Shown: positions 45,680-60,729 of the stretch, piece after piece
Layout of the letters: every line of letters starts with the position of its first letter
Position numbering within the stretch: position 1 is the stretch's first letter
NCBI GenBank assembly: GCA_950097015.1
Contig: CATNEN010000025.1
Span: 4,898,001 to 4,962,000 of the forward strand
Length of the DNA: 64,000 nucleotides
From: Macrostomum hystrix
Lineage: Eukaryota; Animalia; Platyhelminthes
Direction: 5' to 3'
The notes under the pieces: model-generated
What the model was told of the DNA's origin: nothing
What the model saw: the letters and a program-made list of their open reading frames with translations, nothing else
The model's database searches: none
Translations under genes and position numbers: made by a program

Positions 45680-47490
45680 CAGGTTGGGATGAGACAGTTG
45701 GGTCAGGTTGGGATGAGATAGTTGGGTCAGGTTGGGATGAGACAGTTGGGTCAGGTTGGGATGAGACAGTTGGGTCAGGTTGGGATGAGACAGTTGGGTC
45801 AGGTTGGGATGAGACAGTTGGGTCAGCTGGGATGAGACAGTTGGGTCAGGTTGGGATGAGACAGTTGGGTCAGTTTGGGATGAGACAGTTGGGTCAGCTA
45901 GGATGAGACAGTTGGGTGAGGTTCGGATGAGACAGTTGGATCAGGTTGGGATGAGACAGTTGGGTCAGGTTGGGATGAGACAGTTGGGTGAGGTTGGGAT
46001 GAGACAGTTGGGTGAGGTTGGGATGAGACAGTTGGGTCAGGCTGGGATGAGACAGTTGGGTCAGGCTGGGATGAGACAGTTGGGTCAGTTTGGGATGAGA
46101 CAGTTGGGTGAGGTTGGGATGAGACAGTTGGGTCAGCTGGGATGAGACAGTTGGGTCAGGTTGGGATGAGACAGTTGGGTCAGGTTGGGATGAGACAGTT
46201 GGGTGAGGTTGGGATGACACAGTTGGGTCAGCTGGGATGAGACAGTTGGGTCAGGTTGGGATGAGACAGTTGGGTGAGGTTGGGATGAGACAGTTGGGTC
46301 AGGTTGGGATGAGACAGTTGGGTGAGGTTGGGATGACACAGTTGGGTCAGCTGGGATGAGACAGTTGGGTCAGGTTGGGATGAGACATTTGGGTGAGGTT
46401 GGGATGAGACAGTTGGGTGAGGTTGGGATGACACAGTTGGGACAGGCTCGGATGAGACAGTTGGGTCAGCTGGGATGAGACAGTTGGGTGAGGTTGGGAT
46501 GAGACAGTTGGGTGAGGTTGGGGATGAGACAGTTGGGTGAGGTTGGGGATGAGACAGTTGGGTGAGGTTGAGGATGAGACAGTTGGGTGAGGTTGAGGAT
46601 GAGACAGTTGGGTGAGGTTGGGGATGAGACAGTTGGGTGAGGTTGGGGATGAGACAGTTGGGTGAGGTTGAAGATGAGACAGCTGGGTGAGGTTGAAGAT
46701 GAGACAGCTGGGTGAGGTTGAGGATGAGACAGTTGGGTGAGGTTGAGGATGAGACAGTTGGGTGAGGTTGGGGATGAGACAGTTGGGTGAGGTTGGGGAT
46801 GAGACAGTTGGGTGAGGTTGGGGATGAGACAGTTGGGTGAGGTTGAAGATGAGACAGCTGGGTGAGGTTGAGGATGAGACAGTTGGGTGAGGTTGAGGAT
46901 GAGACAGTTGGGTGAGGTTGAGGATGAGACAGTTGGGTGAGGTTGAGGATGAGACAGTTGGGTGAGGTTGGGATGAGACAGTTGGGTGAGGTTGGGGATG
47001 AGACAGTTGGGTGAGGTTGGGGATGAGACAGTTGGGTGAGGTTGGGGATGAGACAGTTGGGTGAGGTTGGGGATGAGACAGTTGGGTGAGGTTGAGGATG
47101 AGACAGTTGGGTGAGGTTGGGGATGAGACAGTTGGGTGAGGTTGGGGATGAGACAGTTGGGTGAGGTTGAAGATGAGACAGCTGGGTGAGGTTGAGGATG
47201 AGACAGTTGGGTGAGGTTGGGATGAGACAGTTGGGTGAGGTTGAGGATGAGACAGTTGGGTGAGGTTGAGGATGAGACAGTTGGGTGAGGTTGGGATGAG
47301 ACAGTTGGGTGAGGTTGGGATGAGACAGTTGGGACAGGCTGGGATGAGACAGTTGGGTCAGTTTGTGGATGACGCAGTTGGGTGAGGTTGAGGATGAGAC
47401 AGTTGGGTGAGGTTGGGGATGAGACAGTTGGGTGAGGTTGGGGATGAGACAGTTGGGTGAGGTTGGGGATGAGACAGTTGGGTGAGATAA
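45680..47490. repeat. 24-25-bp array (gggatgagacagttgggtgaggtt)
   Basis: Directly visible. Confidence 0.95.
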
Positions 47491-47999
47491 GGTGTTTAAG
47501 TGTTTTTGTTTTCGATGCTTATTGAAGGACAGAAACATGTAATTTTAAGTCATTATATTTATTCCTAATCGGAAATAAAATTTATTCAATTGAAAGTTTT
47601 GATGCCCTCTTGGCTGATCTGCTCAGATCTTTGTTGAGTTGAGCAGAAATACTAACGGATAATGATAACATAAGTTATATGAATGCATGAATAGCGTATA
47701 ATACTACTGCTGTAATTAAGTAGCTAATTATTAAATTGAATTTTATGATTTTATTGTATAAAACTGCAGCAGAATGACTGAACTGAGAAATCACTAAAAG
47801 CAGTCAGTTTCTTTTCCAAAGTTTGCGATTCGAATGTCATAAAAAGCCACGGTTATTCGATTCTACCCCTTTGTCTCATTATCAATTCTATTCGCGTCCG
47901 AGGCAGTACACACACAGACAGAGAGAGAAATTCCCCACTGGTTTCCAAGACTCTCCACAGTTGATTGCCGGTTAATGGCAGTTGCCCAGTTATTTATCT

Positions 48000-49160
48000 G
48001 CAGACACAGCAGACAGCAGTGTCAGCAGTGTCAGCAGTGTCAGCAGTGTCAGCAGTGTCAGCAGTGTCAGCAGTGTCAGCAGTGTCAGCAGTGTCAGCAG
48101 TGTCAGCAGTGTCAGCAGTGTCAGCAATGTCAGCAGTGTCAGCAGTGTCAGCAGTGTCTGCTGTGTCAGCAGTGTCAGCAGTGTCAGCAGTGTCAGCAGT
48201 GTCAGCAATGTCAGCAGTGTCAGCAGTGTCAGCAGTGTCTGCTGTGTCTGCTGTGTCAGCAGTGTCAGCAGTGTCAGCAGTGTCTGCTGTGTCAGCAGTG
48301 TCTGCTGCGTCAGCAGTGTCTGCTGTGTCAGCAGTGTCTGCTGCGTCAGCAGTGTCTGCTGTGTCAGCAGTGTCTGCTGCGTCAGCAGTGTCTGCTGCGT
48401 CAGCAGTGTCTGCTGTGTCAGCAGTGTCAGCACACAGCAGTGTTAGCAGTGTCAGCACACAGCAGTGTCAGCAGTGTCAGCACACAGCAGTGTCAGCAGT
48501 GTCTGCTCTGTCAGCAGTGTCAGCACACAGCAGTGTCAGCAGTGTCAGCACACAGCAGTGTCAGCAGTGTCAGCACACAGCAGTGTCAGCAGTGTCAGCA
48601 CACAGCAGTGTCAGCAGTGTCAGCACACAGCAGTGTCAGCAGTGTCAGCACACAGCAGTGTCAGCAGTGTCAGCACACAGCAGTGTCAGCAGTGTCAGCA
48701 CACAGCAGTGTCAGCAGTGTCAGCACACAGCAGTGTCAGGAGTGTCAGCACACAGCAGTGTCAGCAGTGTCAGCACACAGCAGTGTCAGCAGTGTCAGCA
48801 CACAGCAGTGTCAGCAGTGTCAGCACACAGCAGTGTCAGCAGTGTCAGCACACAGCAGTGTCAGCAGTGTCAGCACACAGCAGTGTCAGCAGTGTCAGCA
48901 CACAGCAGTGTCAGCAGTGTCAGCACACAGCAGTGTCAGCAGTGTCAGCACACAGCAGTGTCAGCAGTGTCAGCACACAGCAGTGTCAGCAGTGTCAGCA
49001 CACAGCAGTGTCAGCAGTGTCAGCACACAGCAGTGTCAGCAGTGTCAGCACACAGCAGTGTCAGCAGTGTCAGCACACAGCAGTGTCAGCAGTGTCAGCA
49101 CACAGCAGTGTCAGCAGTGTCAGCACACAGCAGTGTCAGCAGTGTCAGCACGCAGCAGTG
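48000..49160. repeat. (cagcagtgt)n evolving into a 25-bp higher-order unit
   Basis: Directly visible. Confidence 0.95.
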
Positions 49161-49448
49161 TTTTCAGTTAGCAGTGGAACAACTTTCGATGTGTAGCGAG
49201 GAGTTGTCTGTCCAAATCCCAGGGCCTGCCACCGCTAATCCGCTTCTAAACTATGGAGAAAAGAACAATTTTCTGAGGTTAATTATTTTTTACTAAGCCT
49301 GCATTTTCCTCGTCACTGATTTGCTGTCGGCTTTCGGCCAGTGGCTTGTAATGGGATCAGTGACAGTGGGATCTGAGTCACATAACTAGAGAGCTTCACT
49401 GGGATATTTCTCATATGACAGCCACAGCAGCAGCTCAAGCAGCCGGCC

Positions 49449-50516
49449 ATGATTCCGCTGCCACTGGTTTACTCACTAGTTGAGTGCAACGCCTCCGATG
49501 CGCCCAGCAACTTCACCTGGGCTGACTGTCCGAGCCCGCTGGACCTGGAGGCTCGCATTCTGCTGCCGCTGACACTGATCGCACTGCTGTTGAATCTGTG
49601 GGCCCTGGTTGTGTTTATTCGGCAGTCAAATGCCAGCATCCTTCTGTTCTGGATTCTGGGACTCTGCGCCAGCGAGATCTGCATGAACCTCTGCCTGTTC
49701 GGCCAGTTCACATTCTTCATGGCCGCCAGGCCCTGCGACCGTTTTCCCCAGTTCGGCTCTGACGGCTTGACTCCAGCGGTGTATCACATCGGTGCAGCGG
49801 TGCAGACCGTGTCACTGGCCGCATTGTGCTACAGAAACTGGAGCTTCGCCGCACTGGCCGCCATCCGCCTGGAGGCCGTAGTTCGCGTCTCGGCGCAGCG
49901 CCTCGTCAACCGCAGCCGGAGCCGCCGTATGGCCGTTGTCATAGCAACCGTTAGCCTGGCAGTGAATGTAGTCCGCAGCCTTCGAGTACAGGCGGTGTAT
50001 TGCTCGGCCGGCACCGATTCTGGCGAGGCCGTGGTGCTGCCTTTCCTGTACAACAACGCCTGGTTCTTCTATTTTGAAGCCTACGTGGCCGCCCTCATCC
50101 AGACCGTGGTGCCGCTGCTCTGCACCACCGCAATGTCCGCGGTCACTGTCGCCAAACTCGTTGCTAGGCGACGAACCAATCAACAGCTGGGACTGCGGCG
50201 AGAGACTCGCGCCGGGGGTCAGCGCGACGACGAGCAGCGAATCCAGACCATGGTGATGTACCTGTGCCTCACCTTCCTTGTGTTCGAGACACCGGTGTTT
50301 GTCCTGTACAACCTGGAGCACTTCTCTGGCCTCTATTCGCTATTCTGGATCAGCAACACCTGCATTGTACTGGACTCCATCAGCAACTTCTTCAGCTACA
50401 TTCTCACCAATAGCCGCTTCAGGCGCAATGTGTTCCGCTGCCATGGAAACGAGACTAACGAATGCAGGTATCCCCTGCCGCTGCAACCACGGCTCTGTAC
50501 TAGCTCGGCTAGATCT

Positions 50517-50528
<12 letters not shown>
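49449..50528 (+). CDS. Intronless divergent rhodopsin-family (class A) GPCR, peptide/Srw-like
   Basis: 359 aa with seven hydrophobic segments and N-terminal N-x-S/T sites. TM3 RNW...IRLEAV in place of DRY, TM6 FLVFETP, TM7 DSISNFFSY...NSRFR. Confidence 0.85.
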
Positions 50529-50557
<29 letters not shown>

Positions 50558-50574
50558 AAGATAGATAGATAGAT

Positions 50575-50606
<32 letters not shown>

Positions 50607-50743
50607 GGATAGATAGATAGATAGATAGATAGATGGATAGATAGATAGATGGATGGATAGATAGATAGATAGATGGATAGATGGATAGATAGAAAGATAG
50701 ATAGATAGATAGATAGATGGATGGATAGATAGATAGATAGATG

Positions 50744-50785
<42 letters not shown>

Positions 50786-50800
50786 CAGATAGATAGATCT
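50515..50800. repeat. (GATA)n microsatellite overlapping the GPCR stop
   Basis: Directly visible. Confidence 0.97.
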
Positions 50801-51099
50801 GTTGCAATGACACTTTATTATCTTTATTGACTAATTGATTAACGGAATTTATTCGAGTAGTTTGCATTGCTTGACGTTTTATTTGTTAACATCATCCTTT
50901 TTCATGATATAAATCCAACCCTAGTGAGTATTGTATGAGTTTTCTGTTGTCAAAACGTTTCGATATACTGTTTCTGCTTCACCATTATTTTAGACTTAAT
51001 TGTTCCAAGAAATATGAAGGTTAATATTTCAGAAAAATGTAAGATTTTTGTTGCGTTATTATTCGGGAATACAGAGGTGCTAACCTGTCTCTCGCACCG

Positions 51100-51325
51100 A
51101 GGTCACATTCATTTGGGAGCATGAAGTCGTACGGGCGTGTTGTGCAGTCTGTGCTGTTGAAGGCCAACCCCTAGGGCAACAGACGATGAGAAAGTCAGGG
51201 CACCCCCGTGTGAGTGTGTGCATGAGTTCGGTATCTGTGTGCGTGTGTGCTCAGGAGTCAGCGAAACGGGCAGAATTGCCTCCTCGCTAGCCGCGGGTCT
51301 AGTGTCACCAAACGAGGTCAAACAT
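51100..51325 (+). mobile_element. SINE family 2 copy
   Basis: cacattcatttggg...gatgagaaagtcagggc...tgtgtgctcaggagtcagcgaaacgggcagaattgcctcctc. Confidence 0.65.
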
Positions 51326-52310
51326 GAGCAAATGGGACAAGACTGACCAGTGAATTCTAGATTTTGGCTGACACTCGTGGGACTTCTCTACTTGAGCACA
51401 TTTGATGTGGCTGCCTGAGCCCTAGCTCAGACGGGCTAATGGTTTGGCGAGATGATCTGGAACCTATTCAGATAATGCTGAATGAGTGCTGACAGGTCTG
51501 ACACTTTCATACAGTCTATGCGAAATACTTGGAATCACAGGGACATGGTTTAACAGAGGACTGTCAAGTAGGTTTGGATTTGCTTGCAATATCTTGGCAA
51601 GTCTCTGCATCGACCAGTGTGCTCAGGCAGGCATCACTCAGGACGTCGGTCACGACGTGGCTGATCACGTCGTCGGTGTTTATGGCCGAACAGTATAAAG
51701 CTGCTAGATGGCTAGCTTCTTACAATACTTTTTCTGGTTGTAGTACTTTCCATTAGCTTGGATTCAAGATGTTAACTAGTGAAGTTCTTCAGGAAGATCT
51801 AGCCCAACGTTTCTTAGAAGACTACATACGGTTCCGATCCATTCGTCGGAGAAATTTTGTAAAAGAAGACTGAAATGCAAATTTATTGTTAGTTTTAGTT
51901 TACCACTTTTACTCGTACAAATCGGATACGACTATGTCATCCGAAACGACTTCGGTGTTCTGAATTGCAGCGAGGTCAAGCAAAACGACGAGAAATTTCT
52001 CAACTAGGAGACAAGAAGCGAGGACTGAATGGCAAATTCAATCAGCTGGGATTTGCGCGAAATCAAGCGGGCGCACTGAGCCGGTTGGGACTTCTCCGTG
52101 AGAGGATGTGGACTATGCGACGATCGGCAATGCACAGAAAAGTGAAGGCAGAGCTTGCTTCATCCGGGGCCGTCTCAGGCTCGGCTTATGCCCAAGCTAC
52201 ACAATTTTCGGCCGTAATTGGCGATTTCCTTCTGCTGAGCAGTGCCATTATAGCATCAAAATTTACTTTCATGACAAACTTTTGTAAGCTAGTGTCGTAA
52301 ACAAGAAGGG

Positions 52311-53789
<1,479 letters not shown>

Positions 53790-53790
<1 letters not shown>

Positions 53791-53793
53791 TGT

Positions 53794-53829
<36 letters not shown>

Positions 53830-53885
53830 CAGTAGAAGTAGTAGTAATAGTAGTAGCAGTAGAAGTAGTAGTAGTAGTAGTAGCA

Positions 53886-53916
<31 letters not shown>

Positions 53917-53945
53917 CAGTAGAAGTAGTAGTAGTAGTAGTAGCA

Positions 53946-53976
<31 letters not shown>

Positions 53977-54020
53977 CAGTAATAGTAGTTGTAATTAGTA
54001 GTAGTAGTAGTAGTAGTAGT
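53790..54020. repeat. Interrupted (TAG)n microsatellite, 3' flank of the LINE
   Basis: Directly visible. Confidence 0.95.
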
Positions 54021-56357
54021 AGACTTTATAGTCACTATAGCAGCAAATTCTGCGAATGATATAATCCGATTTGAGGAATAGTGACAAAACGGGAAATATC
54101 TTTACTAGAAAAGAGGATTCCCAACTCGAGTTTTGAAATACAACGCGCAGAATTTTGCCGAGAATAATTTCTTGCGCAGTCGCCCGTGAAGTACACGTGG
54201 TTTGTTTAATTAAACGCGCTGAGGATTAATCTGTGCTCATTGAAAACGACAGCTCACACGAAAGCTGCTCAAGATGAGCACACTTCTGTGCGCGCATATA
54301 CTTTTAATGATAAAGGTCCGCTTTCGATTGTAGCGGCTAGTCATTTCATCTAGTTTAGCTTGGTAAAATCCCTCGAGACACTCTATTTTGAAGCTGCAGA
54401 CCCGACTGCCTACTGGCCTGACAATTAGCTTGATTAGAGAATGTTATTTGCGAATTTTTGTGAAAAACACTCGCTGCAATTCACGATCTCTTCTGAATTC
54501 TTCAATTCAGCCTACCAGATGCCTGGCTGAGATATAAGATTTTGGCTTGTGATAATTTTTATCTCCGCTTTTATTTCAGGCCATTTCTGCGAACTGCACT
54601 AAGCGTACCTTTGTGAAGCTTAGTATGCATGAGCTCATCGTCGTATGGCAAACGTTCTTTAATAGTGCTTTTTCAATACTTCTGCTAGCTATACTACGAG
54701 TATTTCTAGACTAAGATTTATATAAGTCATGCGTTTCATGCATCAGGCAAAGCGGATCGACAATTCAGTACTCTTCATTTATACTCTCTATTTTTTCGAC
54801 TACTTCATTAGCGGAAAGATATTTGCTGAAAGCCTTGCATTTTCCCTTTCCTCGCTTCTCATGATTAATACTCATCCAGTGTTGCTGGCCGCGGCAGCAA
54901 GCATTCGGTCTCTCTCACGCACAGTAATCAATATCTATTCATCCTAGTGACAGTGAGGCAAAATAGACCCCCTTGTGTGAGCTAGAAGCTACTGACATCA
55001 CAAGTGCCTGTGCTGTCAGCAGTGTGCCAATTCATTTCATAGATTGCGAATTCGTGTTCGTGAGTAGACATTAATTTTCGAGCTGAAAAATAGCAATTCA
55101 GTAGGAAAGAAAACTATTGATTTCGTGTCTCGTCGGAAGTAACATAAAAAAGCTTTTTTATGTCTAACGTTATGTCTAATGTCTTGTCTTTGGATCGACT
55201 ATTGTACCACAATTCGAAGGCAACTGACTTCAAGTGTGAAAAGTCATGCAGCATTACAAATAACATTGAGCAGGCCCATTAGATTTTGATTTTTAAACAT
55301 TCTAAGACTTGAAAAAGTAAATTCAGCGAAATGAAGTGCCGTGATAGCTGAAAGTCACAATAAACTACGGCGAGAATACTAAATTACGGTTTTAATATTA
55401 AAACAAAACATAAAATGTTTTTACGAATGGGTACTGTGTCGCATATATTAACTGTATATTATTTAAATCTAGTTTTTACTTAAAAAGAAGAGTCAAAACA
55501 CAAGACTGTTTAGACGCTATGCACCATGGAGCTGCATAACACCCGTTAACTTTTAAATAGTTCCTGCAGGTCTTCAAATCAAGCGAACTGGAAGCAGCCT
55601 ATCCTTCATTTAGTTTTTTTATAATTTTGTAACATGTATTTTGTATTTCTAGTTTATCAACGATTTGAATTTTTGAGTGCATATTGGCTTAGGAATTATC
55701 ATGGCCAGCATTTTATGTATTTCTATATAATATTTGCAACTTGTGTTAGAATTTAAATCCAGAATTGAAGAGACTCCATTTAAGTCTAAACATTTAAAGC
55801 AAGATGTATTTATTAAGCTGGCTGTAAGAAGCCATTATTGACTTATACTTTTATTCATTAGTCGTAAAAAATAATTTTAGTGTAAGCCATAAATTACTGT
55901 AAAGAATGAATTAACATTTTCTCACAATACTAATTTTTACTCGATGGTGCAGACTTTTGTGATTTTTATATTAATTGATATAGTGATTGTGATTCAAAGC
56001 AAAAGTGAAAATGAATTATATATTCTCTGATATTTTCAGAAAACAAAAAACTGAATGCATCTTATAGGACACTTAGGTGATCATTTATAAGAAAGTTTAA
56101 TGCATATTTCGAAAATCAACTAATCGAGTGGCTAGAAAATTTCAGTACATCACAGCGTATGATAATTTTTGCGAAATATGTGTATGATAAATGTGTTCCA
56201 TATTTTGTTGAATATTTTTTGTTTGTAAAAAATTAACAAAAGCATCAACCAGCAACACCAAAAGTATATATGAAAGCTTTTTTTACATTTTTTGTGACTT
56301 TTTGAGTTAAGTTGCTTTATTTTTTATAAACTTCAGCATTAAGCCTCAGCCGCAGCC

Positions 56358-56757
56358 ATGGTGTACAACTACACAAAGCCGCGAGGCCCTGTAGCCGCCA
56401 TGTACAGCAGCCCGGGCCCCAAGTACGGCCTGCCCGGCCTGGTTGGCCAGCCGCATCACGACCCGCGCTCGGTGCACACCCGCGGACCCGCCTATCCGTT
56501 CGGCATTCGTCACGGCAAGTTCAGCGACGATTCGAGTCCGGGACCTTGCTACCTGCCCGGAGCGAAAATGTTCCGCGACGGCAAGGACGGCACGCCGCAG
56601 TACTCGCTCTATGGCCGGCCAAAGGATGGCACCCTGTTCTCTGCGCCAGGACCCGGCGCCTACAAGCCGGAGAACACCAACAAGGTGGTCTACACCAAGG
56701 AACCGGCGTACAGCTTCGGTGTTCGCCACATGGAGTTCCGCACGGACAACACCCCAG
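56358..56757 (+). CDS. ODF3: ODF3/SHIPPO-repeat ciliary/sperm-tail protein, exon 1
   Basis: MVYNYTKPRGPVAAMYSSPGPKYGLP...SPGPCY...PGPGAY repeats. Donor G|GTGAGC. Confidence 0.9.
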
Positions 56758-56764
56758 GTGAGCG

Positions 56765-57090
56765 GGTCAGCTAGAAGGTTGTCAGCTGGAAGGTTGTCAA
56801 CTGGAAGGTTGTCAGCTGGAAGGTTGTCAGCTGGAAGGTTGTCAACTGGAAGGTTGTCAGCTGGAAGGTTGTCAACTGGAAGGTTGTCAGCTGGAAGGTT
56901 GTCAGCTGGAAGGTTGTCAGCTGGAAGGTTGTCAACTGGAAGGTTGTCAGCTCGAAGGTTGTCAGCTGGAAGGTTGTCAACTGGAAGGTTGTCAGCTGGA
57001 AGGTTGTCAGTTGTAAGGTTGTCAGTCGGCAGGTTGTCAGTCGGTAGGTTGTCAACTTGAAGGTTCACGGTCGGGAGGTTGTCAGCAAAC
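56765..57090. repeat. 15-bp array (gtcagctggaaggtt) in ODF3 intron 1
   Basis: Directly visible. Confidence 0.93.
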
Positions 57091-57122
57091 TCATGCTCTG
57101 TCGCAACGCGTTGAACCCGCAG

Positions 57123-57247
57123 GCCCCAACGCCTACACTCCCGACCCGATGATGGGGAAGACGCTGCGCAGCGAGAAGAAGGCCGCCCCCAGCTACACTC
57201 TGGTTGGTCGCTCCAAAGTTGGCGGCTTCCACGAGGATCTGCAAAAG
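57123..57247 (+). CDS. ODF3: ODF3-like exon 2
   Basis: (G)PNAYTPDPMMGK...PSYTLVGRSKVGGFHEDLQK. Acceptor cccgcAG, phase 1 to 0. Confidence 0.87.
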
Positions 57248-57343
57248 GTTGGACCTGATTGTTTTCCTTTATTAGCTTCTTTACAACCCTCTCGAAGAAA
57301 AGCATTTGAAATTTGAATTTGCGCCTTTCAAAATCAACTACAG

Positions 57344-57484
57344 ACTCCGGGCCCCGGCGCCTACAGCGTCACCTCGCCGGCCAAGTACAAGAACGCCCCA
57401 CCTGCCTACAGCATGACCAGCAGGAACCCGATGCCAGGCGACAGCACCACCAAGCCGGGACCTGGAGCCCACTCACCGGAAGGA
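57344..57484 (+). CDS. ODF3: ODF3-like exon 3
   Basis: TPGPGAYSV...PAYSMTSRN...KPGPGAHSPEG. Donor GTGAGT. Confidence 0.9.
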
Positions 57485-57529
57485 GTGAGTCCTCTGTACT
57501 TTCGCATAAAATAGGGGCTCATACGAGTA

Positions 57530-57900
57530 TAAGAACTCCAACCACCCGTTCTCTACTGCGACACTATTGGCCAGGCTAATAACTCCACCCACCCCTCCTC
57601 CACTGAGACACTATTGGCTAAGATATTAACTCCACCCACCCGTTCTCTACTGCGACACTATTGGCCAGGCTAATAACTCCACCCACCCCTCCTCCACTGA
57701 GACACTATTGGCTAAGATATTAACTCCACCCACCCGTTCTCTACTGAGACACTATTGGCAAGGCTAATAACTCCACCCACCCCTCCTCCACTGAGACACT
57801 ATTGGCTAAGATGATAACTCCAACCATCCCTCGTCCTTTGCTTCGACACACATTGGCTAAGATAGGAATTCCACCCACCCCTCCAGCACTGCAACCCGAT
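57530..57900. repeat. About 46-bp array in ODF3 intron 3
   Basis: Repeated ccacccacc...cactattggc units. Confidence 0.85.
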
Positions 57901-57967
57901 AGGCTCAGATTGATATAAAAATTCCGCTAATTCCTCTATAAAAATACCCACTCACGGTAAATTTCAG

Positions 57968-58066
57968 TCCTACTACAAGACCAAGAAGGCGTCGGCGGCC
58001 TTCAGCTTCGGCATTCGCCACTCTCAGTACAAGGGCGAGTTCATCACTGACGCCGATCTGCAGTGA
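57968..58066 (+). CDS. ODF3: ODF3-like exon 4 (stop). The full join gives 254 aa
   Basis: Acceptor atttcAG, SYYKTKKASAAFSFGIRHSQY...LQ*. Confidence 0.87.
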   Translation, partial: SYYKTKKASAAFSFGIRHSQYKGEFITDADLQ

Positions 58067-58979
58067 TGTGCCCAAATCCTGCTTCTAGTAACTGGGCTGC
58101 TAATTTACATAGACGTGTCTGTATTTTGCGTGCTATATTTAGAACAACACTGCTGGCTAAATCAACTTTGATTTTACTAACTAATGTACTTTATTGTCGT
58201 CGTCACTCAATCAGTGTCGTTCCATGTCTTCGTCTGTTTTTTTTCTCACTAAAGGCACAAAAAAGTGTTTTTCCTATAGATTTACTGTACGGCAGTCGTC
58301 ATTCAAGATTAGCTTGCTTGTATTTTGAATTTATCTGGCGTAACTCGCATGTACTCGCATGTTACTCAGTTTTCCTTTGTGTTTGCTAATCTATTTCTAT
58401 GATAAGCGAGAAAGGGTAAATTTCTTTTTTTCAATTTGAATCTTCTTTGAATTTTTAAACCTTTTCAGTGTAACAATTTTGCAGCTGATTTCAATAATCT
58501 GTATTGCTTAACCATTTGATTCGCTTCAAAGAACTTATCTTCCACTCTTTTTTTCTGTTCTTTGTCATCTTTTTTTCCTTTAGCTTCCCTTATTTTACTA
58601 CTTAAAAGTAAACTGTAGAGCGCTTTAATTGGCGTCTGTATTAAGTAAATTAAGTAATAATTTTTGTTATATTGAACGCAGTTACTTTACGAAACGTAAT
58701 GTACGCGCTCTCAAACAAATATAAGAGAATTCGAAAGCAAAATTTTATATTAAAATTATTTTACAATTTAAAGACAAAATGTTGGGCTCACCAGAATTAT
58801 GGGATTAACTTTTTTGACAATATCGATTTTCCGCAAATGCTATTAGACGATTGTGCATGAGGTCCCGCTTAGCATAAGAAGTGTACACATCGAACTGCTG
58901 CCCTTATATGCACACTCTTTGGGGAAAGAGCGACAGTGAGAATCACTGAGTGATATGGAGAGTGACAGGTAGAAAGAGT

Positions 58980-59600
58980 GACAAAAAGAGAGAGGGGAGA
59001 GTGATAGAGAGAGTGACAGAGAGAGTGACACAGAGAGAGTGACACAGAGAGAGTGATAGAGAGAGTGACAGAGAGAGTGACACAGAGAGAGTGACACAGA
59101 GAGAGTGACAGAGAGAGTGACACAGAGAGAGTGACACAGAGAGAGTGATAGAGAGAGTGACAGAGAGAGTGACACAGAGAGAGTGACACAGAGAGAGAGA
59201 CAGAGAGAGTGACACAGAGAGAGTGACACAGAGAGAGTGACACAGAGAGAGTGACACAGAGAGAGTGATAGAGAGAGTGACAGAGAGAGCGACACAGAGA
59301 GAGTGACACAGAAAGAGTGATAGAGAGAGTGACAGAGAGAGTGACACAGATAGAGTGACACAGAGAGAGTGACAGAGAGAGTGACACAGAGAGAGTGATA
59401 GAGAGAGTGACAGAGAGAGTGACACAGAGAGTGACAGAGAGAGAGTGACAGAGAGAGCGACACAGAGAGTGACAGAGAGAGTGACAGAGAGAGCGACACA
59501 GACAGAGTGATAGAGAGAGTGACAGAGAGAGAGAGCGACAGAGAGAGTGACACAGAGAGAGTGACACAGAGAGAGTGACAGAGAGAGTGATAGGGAGTCA
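58980..59600. repeat. (agagagtgac/ac) compound microsatellite
   Basis: Directly visible. Confidence 0.93.
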
Positions 59601-60729
59601 GAGTGACAGGGAGAGAGGGAGGAAGAGGAAACAAAGATCTGTATATTCATATTGCATGAATGACTGAATAAAGCAAATTTAATGGTTGTTAAATAAAGAG
59701 AATTATGAATTAGAAAACCAGTTATTGAAATCTGGATTTAAATTTGCATGCGTTCCAAGAGTTATAAGTCGCTAATAATTTACTGGGAAATTTATCCTGT
59801 TGAACTACAGCTTGTCCGCCATTGGTTAGAGCAGCCGTTTCCTTAATGCAGTGGATTTCTACTTCTGCTCCTATGTAATCTCCTATTTTATCGCTCCCAT
59901 TCCCTACTACTGTACCATTTTGGGCCACTCTCGCAACTGCCAGAGAGAGCACTTGTGAGCTAGAGAGAGCATGCTGATTTTGGACTGGCGGGCGTTAAGA
60001 GAAAAATCGATATTTTTGTCTTTGCTCAGAGTGTCCAAAACCCGGCGTCAACCCCACACTGTACACCAGGCGACTGCTCAGCTCACCCAACCTCCCCTGC
60101 CATGCCAGAGTTGTGAGTCCGCATTGTGAATCTGTATGCATTCACTGAACGTTAATTTCTACCCCCTGGCCCACCTCTCGACCCTTTCTGTCCAGAGGGT
60201 TGAGCAGTGCTGCTAGCTCCCCAGCAACTAAACTGTGCTCCCCGCCAACTCCAGCATGGATTTGGGGATTGGTCCGATTGCGAAATCCCAAACAGCAGCT
60301 CTGCAAGGCCTCGGTTTCAAATTTGAAATTTGAAATCTAGTATTGAATCCGAAATCTAATTGGGTAAGTGTCACGTGTCAATTCTGTTTAATCAGTAGTT
60401 TAGCAAACTTTTTGGCTGCAGTGTCAACTTTAAAAACTACAGCCTGCATCAAAGTTAATCTATGGCACAGATTTCTGAAATTCGAGATCTTTTTTTTGAG
60501 TTCGAGTGAGTTTAAAAGATTGTGAATTTCAATTGATAAATTGAACGAGTTAATTCAGCTCAATTTTTCTTTATTTTTATTAAGATTCCGACGTCCACAG
60601 ACTTGGCTAACTGGGCGTTTTTTAAACTCTCCGAAAAAAATCTGAGCAGTCCTGGAGTCCATTCAAGGTGCGGCGGCTGCTGCTGCCAGAAGGATTGTGA
60701 GTAGCTCACTTGATTCGTACTGCTGATCT

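Noticed and set aside
47965-49296. Cys/Gln-rich metallothionein-like ORFs (QQCQQC)
   Set aside because: Arise from the (cagcagtgt)n array, open in multiple frames, with no gene structure.
51480-52310. Coding-looking fragments on both strands (e.g. AINTDDVISHVVTDVL)
   Set aside because: No consistent exon chain or recognisable motif could be assembled.
56346-57305. Minus-strand ORF with DNLPA repeats
   Set aside because: Antisense shadow of the ODF3 exons plus a 15-bp intronic array.
59720-60720. Additional OSBP-gene 5' exons
   Set aside because: Several AG/GT pairs exist, but phase and peptide identity are ambiguous, so none is called.
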